Positions 45,885-56,664 of a DNA stretch of 64,000 nucleotides are shown piece after piece. Under the pieces are notes generated by a model. The model saw only the letters and a program-made list of their open reading frames with translations, was not told where the DNA came from and searched no databases. Within the stretch, counting starts at the first letter, position 1, and every line of letters starts with the position of its first letter. Source of the DNA: Emiliania huxleyi CCMP1516. Taxonomy: Eukaryota. The translations under genes were made by a program, and so were the position numbers. The stretch spans positions 188,426 to 252,425 of the forward strand of contig NW_005201191.1 of the NCBI RefSeq assembly GCF_000372725.1. The letters run 5' to 3'.

Positions 45885-48841
45885 ATGGCCCTTCCGGCCC
45901 TCCGCTGCACCATCCGCGGCGGCACGCTCGTCACCCCGTCGGGCACGCGACGCGCCGACCTCGGCATCGGCGACGACGGCAGGATCGCAGCGATCGAGCC
46001 GTCGCTGCCTGCCGGAAGGGAGGACATCGACGCGACCGACCTCTTCTTGCTGCCTGGCGGTGTCGACTCGCACTGCCACATCGAGCAAAGGACTTCCAGC
46101 GGCCTCACTCCGGTCGACGACTTTTACTCGGCCAGCGTCAGCGCCCTCGCCGGCGGTACCACGACCGTCGTGCCGTTTGCGTGCCAGCACCGCGGCAAGC
46201 GGATCCGCGACGTCGTCGCCGACTACCGAGCGGTTGCGGCTAAGGCTGCAGTCGACTATGCCTTCCACGTCATCGTGACTGACCCGAGCGAGACGCACGC
46301 GATCGATGACCTGCAGGCCTGCTTCGCGCATGGATGCTCCTCGGTCAAGGTTTACATGACCTACGACGCGCTGAAGCTCAACGACACGGAGATGCTGGAC
46401 GTGCTCGAGCTCTGCAGGCGGCACGCGGCGATGGTGATGGTGCACGCCGAGTCCCACGACCTCATCGCGTGGATCACGAGCCGGCTGCTCAACGCCGGCA
46501 GGATCGCCGCAAAGTTCCACGCTGTCGCGCGGCCCGCCATCGCCGAGCGAGAGGCGACGCACCGCGCCATCTCCTTTGCCGAGTTCATCGGCACGCCCCT
46601 CCTCGTCGTCCACGTGTCAGGGCGCGAGGCGGCCGACGAGATCGCTCGCGCGCGCCACCGCGGAGTGCCCATCTACGGCGAGACTTGCCCGCAGTACCTC
46701 ACTCTCACGCTGCGCTGCCTGTGCGCGCCTTTGGACGGCAGCAAGTTCCTCTGCTCGCCGCCGCTGCGCACCGAGGCCGACCAGGAGGCGCTCTGGGAAG
46801 CGCTGCGGCGCGGCGACCTACAGGTGGCCAAGATGTAGCCGAGGTCTAGCCGAGATGTAGCCGAAATTTAGCCCGAGGTATGGCCGAGGTGTAGCCGCGG
46901 TGTAGCGGAGGTGCACAGTCGAAGAGTCGCTGAGATGCGGCCGAGGTGGGTGTAGCCGAGGTGAGGTGCAGCCGCCACTTGCAGGTGATCAGCAGCGACC
47001 ACTCGGCTTACAACTTTGCGGGCGGCGGCGACGCCTCCAAGACGGCGGGTGGGGCGAGCACGCCCTTCAGCAAGGTGCCGATGGGGCTGCCCGGCCTCGA
47101 GTGCCGCATGCCGCTGCTCGTGTCGGGCTACCTGCACGGGCGGCTCGACAGCCTGCAGCAGGTGGCGCGCCTCGGCTGCGAGATGCCGGCGCGCCTCTAC
47201 GGGCTATACCCGCGCAAGGGCGTGCTCGAGGTCGGATCGGACGCGGACGTGGTGCTGTGGGATTTGGAAGCGAGGGGCAAGATCACAAAAGAGGCGCTCC
47301 ACGACGAGCTCGACTACACGCCGTTCGAGGGGATGGTGGTGCGCGGAGAGGTCCGCCGCACGATCCTGCGCGGCCGCACTGTCTTTGAGCGCGACACCGC
47401 TTGCTGCCAGCCCTGCGGCGGCGGTGGTGGAGGGCGCAGCAGTCGGGTGACCGCCCCGCGAGGCTCCGGCGAATACATCGCGTGCGTCAAGCCGGCGCTG
47501 CCCGACTGGTCCGGCGAGTGGCCTGACGGAGGGGATGTCGTGGCAGAGCGCTGCATCGGCCTCTTGGGCCCGGCGCTGGACGGCGAGGTGGCGGAGGGCG
47601 AGGGCGGGGTGAGCGGCGTGCTGCCTCCCTCCCTGCCTCCAAGCCCACCTCCCGGATCTGGCGTCCCCTCTCAGCTGACGCTGCGTCCGCTGCGCGGCGT
47701 CGGCGTCGAGGTGCTCGGAGTGAGTGCAGCCTCAATCAGCGAGGCGGCCGAGGGCTCGCCGCTCTTGCGTCGGCTTGCCGCTGTGCTCGACGAGCATTTG
47801 CTAGTTCTGCTGCACGGGGACAGCGGCGGCGACGGCGACGGCGAAGGCGTGAGCTCTGGGCGGCTGTCGCCCTCACAGCTTCGGCAGCTCTACTCCAAGC
47901 TTCACGCGGTGCGCTTCCCCGGCGTGAGTGTCGGCCTCCCGCCCGAGCGGCCGCCGCCGTCACCCATCGAGCTGGGTAGCACAAACTTGCGTGGCCGGTG
48001 CTTCCCCGGCTATCCAGAGACCAACGTGGTTGGCTTCGCCGCGGCGGTGGATTGGCATGGGCTCAAGGGCAGGCTGGAGCCGTCGGCGTGGTGGGAACGG
48101 CGCGGCGGGCAGTACCATCACGACGGCGGCTTCTCTGCCTCCGCGCCGCCGCCCCCCGCTCTCGTGGCGATGTACTGCGAGGAGGCTCCATCGGTGGGGG
48201 GCGGCACCCGATTCTTTTCCACCCGGCTTGTGATGGAGCTCGCGCCGCCGGACGTGGCGGCCCGTGCGCGGCGCATGCGTTGCCGCTACACGAGGGGCTT
48301 TGGGCGCGTGAGCGCCGGCGAGTACCCGGTCATGAGCTGCAGCCACCTGACGCCGACGGCGCCTCCACCGTCCGAGCGCGACGGCGCAGCAGCAAGTCCG
48401 CCCTACCAGAGCATCACCGAGTTTGAGAGCCTCGAGGCGCTCGCGTTTGGGCATGGCGGCGCCGACGCCGCCGAGTACTACCACCGGCTCGTGCAGCGGG
48501 ACTCGCGCGGCCGCGAGTATGTGGTGGTCCACTCTGTCTGCCTCGACCGGCTGGAGGAGCTGCTGGGGGAGGGGGGGGAGGGGGGGGAGGAGCGCGGGGA
48601 GGCCAGCGAGTGGCAGCCGTGGTCGTGGTCGGAGTCCCAAGCGTTTGTGGAGGCTCTGCTCGCGCCCGCGGCCGCGTCACCGACCGAGCTCGCCTGGACT
48701 CCCGGCGACGTGGCGCTGTGGGATAACCTGCAGACCCAGCACAGCGTCACGCCGTCCGAGGTGTACACAAGCGACCCGAAACAGCGGCGCCTCATGACGC
48801 GAACGGCGATGCAGCCGCTGCAGGACGTCCTAGCATCTTAA
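45885..48841 (+). CDS. Dihydropyrimidinase/D-hydantoinase fused to a TauD/TfdA-type Fe(II)/2OG dioxygenase; intron 46824-46984
   Basis: DSHCH, ALAGGTTT, VKVYMTY, VHAE, VHVS, GETCPQY, SDHS, GSDADVVLWD. Then YHHDG, GGGTRF, WTPGDVALWDN..QH and RLMTRT in the same ORF. Confidence 0.88.
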
Positions 48842-51283
48842 AAGGTCCCCATGCCAGTTTCGGAGGGCAAACCCTGCCCGGCCCTTAGAACCCCAGATAA
48901 GGCCCAGGTGTGGCCTAGAGGGCATCAGAGAAGGGGGACCAAGAGGAGTCGAGTCTGAGCCGCCCCGCATAGAGCCCATGTCTTTGCCCCCGAAGGGGTC
49001 GCGTTCAAATGCCCGGAACGGCCGTCTCAGTGGCTGTCCGGCCAGCGCTATCACCGTCGCACGGGCGGGGACCTGTTCCTTTTTACCCATCTCACAGTAG
49101 AGAGGTGTCCGTTTTTATTTATTTATTTGGGCAAAAACGGGCGATGAATTGAGTTCTTTTTCTTGTACCCCCCAGCCGTAGGCGTACGTAGCCGCGCAGG
49201 CGCGGGGGGGCCAGAGGGTGTCCATGCGGGGGGGGGGGAGATGGGGTCGCGTGGCCCGCCGCAGGCGCCGATTTTTTCGGAGTTTCTTTTCGAGGGTTTT
49301 TACTTGTTTTCATGGGAATTCGGCGGACTTGCGGCCATGCTATCACGCCTTGCGACAGCCTGTCGGCGCTGCTGACCGTGCCATGATGCACAATTGATCA
49401 CCTGCATAGCTCGCGGCCTTAGTATCAAGCATTCAGTGACGACCTGATCGTACGGCCAGTAGGAAGGTGTCCTTCCATCGTGTGCACGCTTCTGGCGCAA
49501 TGCGCGTCGCCTCGGATTGGCTGCTGGCACTCTTGAGGCTATGCCTACACAGCCTCGCGCGCATGGGCAGTCAAGAGGGACCACGCACCTTCTCAGGACA
49601 GCGCCGGTGCCTCTCTCTTGGACCGGCAAACTTGGCGGTCTCGTGTCACCAATGTGGGACCAGTGCGGCATCGCGCCATCGACAGCTCTGAACTGCGCCT
49701 CACCACTGACCGGTAAAGGCCGCCAAGTGGGCCAGCACAGGTCGCACATTGTGGCAGCAGTCAGCAGTGCATGTCTGATAGCTAGAGCAGCAGCGTCAGG
49801 GTCGCAGGGTCGGATCGTGTCAAGCCTCTCGCCCGGCCGGCCGTGTGCAGATGTCGGCCTGTCTGCTGTCTGGAGTGATCTGTCGGCGGTCAGTACGACC
49901 AATCAGGTCGGAGTTTTCTGATGGTTGGAGGGTCTATCTGTATGTACTCCTCGAGATCTCTCCACATCTGCCCTCTAATCAACCGTAATCATTCGGGAAG
50001 TTGGTACACATAGCACATGGCGCTCACCATCCCTGGCGTACTGAAACAGGCGACGCGTGCCGCTGTCTCTAAGATGGAAGCAGGAAGCCTCCAACCCGGC
50101 CGTGGTTCGAACCCACATGTACATGTGCCGAAGCGTGAAGGCGTTGAGGGCCATGAGATCTGAGGCTCACCCATTGAGGAAGTGAGGAACTGCTCGACCC
50201 ACCCGGATCCTGCTGAACAAGCTCCTCTTGTAGCTCGATCGGTCACACCGCCATCGCCGTCGGGGAGAGGGGGGACGACACTGCTTCGGCAGCGTGCACC
50301 TCGATCCTGTACCGTGTTTGCTATGACCCCCCCCAATGAACACTCCAGTGAGGGAGGGCGAGACGATCGAGGGGTCCCGTACCACGCGGAATCGACCCTA
50401 TCCAGTGCTCAAGTGCTCAAGTATGAGCGAGTATGAGCGCCGGAGCCCCGTTTCCGCACTGCTGCGCGGCGCACGGTGCCTCCGGGGGCCCCCGCGACCC
50501 CCCAGAGAACTCTTGCCGCTCTTCTGTGTCGGGTAGTGCGACGAGGGGTTAGGCGGCTTAGGGGACAGAGATTGAAGATCCCTCACACCAAGATCGCTAG
50601 CTGCTGCGCTGCCCCTCCTGCCTCTCGAGTCCGATCATCAGCTCCGATCTGATTCTGAGTGAGTGTCCCAGTCCGACAACCAGCAGCCGCATTCGTCGCA
50701 ATGTGCCGGCACCATCCACGGCTGCCATTGCCGCCGCCGCGCCCGCACCGAGAGCGGCGGTGCGGCAAGGAGAGGGGCGAGCCCGTGCCGGTCGGATGGC
50801 GTCGAGGCGCCCATCTTGCACTTTGGCGCGCGCGTCGGCCAGGTCACCACACTGGTGTGAGTGTAGGTAGGTGTCTCGCGCCTTGCGGGGGGGGGCGGAA
50901 AAGAGTACCCTACCTATTCCCAAGAGTACCACTCTTGGAGCGCCGCCACCACCGCCCAGAGCGCAGGTACACTGGCTGGCTGGTGCTCGCTCGAGAGCGA
51001 GGACGGCGGCCGGCCCTCTGGCATCACTCGGGCTGCGCTGCGACGAGAGAGATATTGTAACAGATTGGAGAGAAGGAGGCAGACGGCCGGGAGCAAAGAT
51101 GAGAGAAGGGTACCAGTCATAGCACCACACTGCCCCGGATCGCCGGGCTTCGAACGGCGGGCGCCGGATTCGATCCATCCAGGGTCATGATGATATTAGA
51201 GGCACAAGGGACGGACCGCCGGCGACCGCCACGACGGCTAGGAAAGCCGCGCCGCGGGGTCACACTGCCAACCGGGCGGCTAT

Positions 51284-52844
51284 ATGCGCAGCATGATTCT
51301 CGCGCTCCTGACGTGGGCGTCCGCTTCCACGTCCGCGGCGGGTTTTTTCACCATCGCCAGCAGCGCGATGACGCAGGCGTCGAAGAAGAAGCGATGCAGG
51401 CTGCCGAACGGAAAGCGCATGGTGCCATGGGCAGACGTGATCACGCGCTGCTATGCAGAGAAGAATCCCGACTTGCTGAAGGTTTGCACGTCCCGCCAGT
51501 GTCCCAACTCTGTGGCCTGCTATGCGCCTGTGACGCGAGTGTCGTGCTGCCTGCCACGCCGAACGCAGCGCACGCTTCTGGGCCCCTCCTTACTGTTCTC
51601 AGCCCGTCGTACAGGCTTTCTGCGGAACATCGAGTGCAGAGGGCTCAACCACCTGCGACAAGATGGCCCTATATCGGTTGCGCTGCCATTACGCCAGCCA
51701 TGGGGTGCAGGAGAATCGACCAGTCTGCAGCAAGTCCGACGTTGTGCAAAAGATCCAGTCGGAGGCGACAGAAAAGATAAAGAGCCTCAGAGAGGTGAAG
51801 AATGCAACCGGCACAGAGGAGCATGGAGTGACCCTGCCCCGCAAGCACCCTAGCGTGCGGATAGTGCGTCCGAACGAGCCCTCGCCCGAGGAGGGTCCGA
51901 GGTGGGTGTGGCCCGAGCGGTACGCCCCTGTGCGAGGAGTCACGGACGCGTGCTCGAAGGTTGACTTCAACATGAGGGGAGCGACGGCGGACACGCGCTG
52001 CCGGCATTTCCTCCGCTCGCGAGTGACGGCGCCAAATTGCAGCGGCCGGCCGGAGATGGTGCCGCGAGTCCTCCACATGACAGGCAAGGGGCCCACTCCC
52101 AACTTTGCCATGGGCATCAACATCAAGGCCAACCCCTCCTTCTTTCCGGCCTACCGCGACGACGCTGCAATGCGCACCTATGTCGAGCAGCACTGTGGGC
52201 AGGAGGCAGCACTCGCGCTCGACTGCTTCGTCGCGCCGGCATTCCGCGCAGACCTGTTTCGTCACTGCGCCCTCAAGACGCACGGGGGGGTGTATGTCGA
52301 CGGCGACCTCATCCTCACCGTGCCGCTCGAGCGGGCCATCTCGATGTGTAACGGCGCCACCATTGGCCAGGATCCAGCTCGGGGAGGTTTCCTCAAGGGC
52401 AAGATGTCGAGCACCCTGCGGCACATCAATGGCAAGCAGATGAAGATCCTGGCCGCTGGCAGGGGGCACCCGCTCTTCGTGTGCATGGTGCGCGAGATCA
52501 TCGCGCACGTCAAGCAGCGGTACGTGACCCCCTACTCGCTGAACTACACGGGCCCCGCACTCCTGGAGCACTGCTACCAGTCGCTCGGTGGCGACGAGTC
52601 CGCGCTCGACGTCGCGGTCACGTACCGCGACAGTCGAAATGCCAAGTGGCCCTATGGGGGGATGATTGGCACTGACGGCATGATTGCCTTTGAGCAGCCG
52701 AACCGGTACGACTACCAAGAGCTCGTGGACGAGACGGCGCGCGCGAGGGGTGGGCATTACGACGCGCTGGTTAAGGCGGGCGTCGTCTACTCGCCCACTT
52801 GCAAGCTGCGCGCTTCCGCGGAAGCGCGGGGACCTCCTCCGTGA
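51284..52844 (+). CDS. Glycosyltransferase family 32-like (DXD) protein with signal peptide; intron 51482-51614
   Basis: VPRVLHMT, RADLFRHCALKTHGGVYVDGD, YTGPALL. Confidence 0.85.
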
Positions 52845-53040
52845 ACGCTGACGAACGTTTTTTATTTTTATGGGAGCACGTGTGGATGAGTTTTGAGAAA
52901 TACGTGAAAGCAGCCTTCGCATAGGCGGGTCGGCAAGTCGGCCCGACAGCACAGCCGTCCCCCGAGTTGTTGGTGGCTGCGCCTCCGCTGCCGCCGCCTC
53001 CGCTGCCGCCGCCTCCGCACGAAGGATACATTGTGCCTAT

Positions 53041-55144
53041 ATGCGTTGCGTGCTCGCGCTCCTGGCGCTTGCGTTTCGTTTCACCGACGCCTGTACTGCG
53101 TACGCTGTCGGAAAGGGCGCATCGGTCGACGGGAGTGTAATGCTCTCCCATTCAGAAGATTCGTCCAACACACACGATCCAAGGATAGCATTCGTGCCAG
53201 CGGCAGATCACGAGGAGGGATCAAAGATGCCGGTGTACCCAGACGGCGAAAACTACCCGCGCTTTGTTGGCGTTGATCGTGGCTCGACGTATGAGCCTGT
53301 GGGGGCGCAAAAGGCGACGAAGCCGCTCGGGTATATTGATCAGGTGTCGCACACCATGGCATACATTGACAGCACGTATGCGATGCAAAACGAGTGCCAC
53401 CTCATGTTCGGCGAGTCGACCGCTTCGTCTGCGTTTCGCGCTCTTGATAAGGCCGCGGATGGTGGCACGGCCCTCTTTTGCGTGAACGAGCTGACCCGAG
53501 TCGCAGCCCAGCGCGTGTGCAGCGCGCGTGAGGCAATCAAGCTGATGGGGAGCCTCGCAGAGGAGCACGGCTTCTACGGAGCCGATGGAGGCGCGGGTGA
53601 GGTCCTGATGGTGGGAGATACGGAGGAGGTCTTCATATTCCACATCCTATCCGACCCCACAAAGAAGAGCGCAATCTGGGTCGCGCAGCGCGTCCCCGAC
53701 GACCACGCTGCCGTGATCGCGAACTGCTTTTCCATCCGCGAAGTGGACCTCGACGACTCGCACACCTTCCTTGGGTCGTCCAACATGAAGTCGATCGCGC
53801 TCGAGTACGGCCTGTGGGACGGCAAGGGCCTGCTCGACTTTAGCGGCGCCTTCAGTGGGGGTGAATACGCCTCCAAATATTATACCGGTCGTCGCGTTTG
53901 GGACGGGTATCGCCGTTTCGCACCGTCGCTCAAGCTTAACCCCGAGTATGGCTCCTTCAAGCTCGACCGCCCCTACCCAGTGTCAGTCAAGGTGGACAAG
54001 AAGCTGAGCGTGCACGACCTCATGGCTGCGAGCCGGTCGCACTACGAAGGCACTGAGTTTGACATGACAAAGGGCCTCGCCGCCGGCCCCTTTGGCTCGC
54101 CGGATCGCTATGGGGAGGGCAAGGGTCAACCTGGCTATTCGAAGCCACCCCAGGGGGCGTGGGAACGGACGGTGGGTCTCTTTCGCACGACCGGCACCAA
54201 GATCATCACGGCCAACAGCAATCTGCCCGACGCGGCGGCGGGGACGGTCTGGTGGGCGGCAGGCGACTCCTCCAAGTCGGTGTATGTGCCGAGCATGGTG
54301 TCTGCCGGCAGTGTGCCAATGTCGCTCTCGCTTGGAAACGAGGCGGAACTGGACCGCGGCTCCGCCTTTTGGGCGCACCGCTACATTGCCAACCTCGTCC
54401 AGCTGCGCTACAACTTGATGATCCGCGACGTCAACGCAAACGCCAAGCACTGGGAGGACCGCGCCACCGACGTTGTCCAAACCGAGATTTACCAGGTGCG
54501 CTCAGCTTGAGAAAGAGCAGTAGCTGCGGGCCCTGACCCCATTCTGGCCGCCCGACGCAGGCGTGCCGCAAGAAGTGCAGCCCGGAGCAAATTCGGGCCA
54601 AATTGGACGCCCATGCTGCCGGCGTGCTCAACGCAACGTGGTCGTTGGCAGACCAGCTGATGGTCAAGTTCGCCAACGGCGGGCTGACAACTGGCTTAAG
54701 GCCGGACGGGTCGGTCGAAAGCGTGAACCTCGGCTACCCATGGTGGTGGTACGCGCTGGTGGGGACGTACGTTATGCACGGCAACGAGCACCCAAAGCGG
54801 TGAGCGACCCGTGCATGCGCCGGCCCTGCTGCGGTGAATGCTCACCCGACGTTCTCCGTTGTAGCGTGGGGAACTTGCCTGGCGGCGAGACCTGGGGAAC
54901 GGGCGCCGCGGAGAAGCCGGGCCCGCCTTCGTCCTTCCTAGTAGCGCGCCTCGGCTCGCTTCGCACCGCGCTCGCCGCGCACTCGCCGGCAGGCTGGCTA
55001 GCGCTTGGCTGCGCAACCGCGCTGGTGTCGGCCGGGTTCTTGACGCGGCGAGGCCGCGACGTCTTCATCCGCGGCGGGTCCGAGAAGGCACCCCGCGTCG
55101 CAACGGCAGTACCCGAAGACGGGTACACTGCGTTCGCCGCGTGA
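53041..55144 (+). CDS. Peptidase C69 (dipeptidase/secernin-like), secreted with C-terminal TM; introns ~54496-54561 and ~54800-54864
   Basis: Signal peptide then CTAYAVGKGASVDGS..HSED; GEST, AREAIKLMG, IWVAQRVPD, GPFGSPDRY, WERT. Confidence 0.9.
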
Positions 55145-55334
55145 CGGCACGGGACAGTGCTCAGTGTTGCGTGATGGTTGTGTGCCCGCGGATTCCACGT
55201 GACGCCGCAGGCGCGGCGAGGCAGGTGAGCTACGGATGCACGCCTGGTGCCGACTTCGTGATCGTGTGAAAAAAACACTCCTCATATTATGGCGCCGCGC
55301 GCTAGTCGATAAAATAATTTCGCTGAAGTGTACA

Positions 55335-55421
55335 AGGTAAGGTAAGGTAAGGTAAACTTCTCCACACACACGAGGTGGTGGGGCAAGGGGGGGCAACCCT
55401 CGCGTCTCCACGTCTAACGAC
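55335..55421 (-). mobile_element. 5'-truncated SINE-like element with (ACCTT)n tail, copy 3; 9-bp TSD AAGTGTACA
   Basis: TSD at 55326-55334 and 55422-55430. Confidence 0.88.
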
Positions 55422-55530
55422 AAGTGTACAGGCAGGCGCGTGGGTGCTCGCGTCCACCCATTTACCCCGTTGGTGTCCAGTCCGAGCCTGACTGTTCTTC
55501 ACCATCGATACACACATACATGCCCGTGCA

Positions 55531-56125
55531 TTAGCAGTTTTTGATGCCGCTTGCGGAGACGGGCATGCGCGCGCACCACATTCGGTATTCATCCAGTAGG
55601 TTGCGCTTGATGTCAGGGCGGATGGTTGACTGATCGTGCGTCTCGCCGATGTCATCTCTCAGATTGTAGAGCGCCACTCCACCCTTGCTGCCGTGGGAAT
55701 AAAAGTTGGAAAGCTTCCAATCGCCCCAGCGCACAGCAAAATGTCTTCCATCCATCCAGAAGAGCAGGTCGTGCGGCCGTCGGCTCGTCGCCTCCCCTGT
55801 CACGAACGGCAGGAGGTTCGCGCCGCTGAGGTCCGCCCCGCTTGGAATGACGGCGCCCGCGGCGGCCAAGAAAGTCGTGTAAAAATCGAAGCTCATCACC
55901 GGCTCTGTGTACACCTGAGAGAGTCGAACACGGAGGCGCGCTCAGCAGGGCGCAATTGAGTTGTCGGTAGCGCGACCTCGATGCTATTCACTAGGGGAGA
56001 GAGGGCTGGGCCTGGCCGCGAGGGATCGTGCCCGGCCACCGCATGATGAAGGGCACGCGGATGCCGCCTTCGGCCAACTGATTCTTATTGCCGCTGAGCG
56101 GCCCGGCGCTCCCCATCAGCATGAT
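55531..56125 (-). pseudogene. C-terminal portion of an arylsulfatase-like gene (no N-terminal CxPxR seen)
   Basis: [51 protein letters not shown]. Confidence 0.7.
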
Positions 56126-56434
56126 GTCTGGCCACTCGCGCGCGATAGCGCGGCGCGGCCCCGAGATCGCCCGAGATAGCGCGAGATCGCCCGAGATAGC
56201 GCGGCGCGGCCCGGGGCGGGGTGGATGGGTTGGGAGCGAGGGGGCGGAAGTGTTCAGTGCGGTAGATGGCGAGCTCGAGGCGCGTGAGCCGGACTTGGGA
56301 GCCGGACCACCCCCTCTTGTTATCTGCGTTGTTGAGCCAGGACTCAACATACTCGGGCTTGCAATCCCAAACTGTCACTCCCCTTTCTCCCGGCCGGGGT
56401 GGGGCGGGGCGCGCGCGGGTGGCGGCGGGTGTGC

Positions 56435-56515
56435 GGGATGTCTGTGGGCCCGAGAGCGATATGCCATGTCCGCCTTGCTTTGTTTCCTAACATCGAAGGC
56501 TAAGCTCAACAAAAA
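56435..56515 (+). repeat. Dispersed upstream repeat, copy 3
   Basis: Matches the reverse complement of 12751-12845 and also 15989-16048. Confidence 0.85.
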
Positions 56516-56664
56516 AAAGGATGATTTCCGCCCGCTTTGCCCCACAAACGACCGGTTTGCCCCCACAAACGACCGGTTTGCCGCCCCTGGCGGCGCGTCG
56601 CTGCCTCCGCCCTCGCCCCCCTCTCACCGCCCCTCCGCCTGAACGCGCACGCAGGCGGCGGGCC

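Noticed and set aside
48842..51280. Short ORFs and possible TE ends in the intergenic region
   Set aside because: No recognisable motif, TIR pair or TSD could be established by eye
51284..56125. Glycan-modification gene cluster (GT32, peptidase, sulfatase)
   Set aside because: No evidence of functional linkage; the sulfatase is truncated and these families are common
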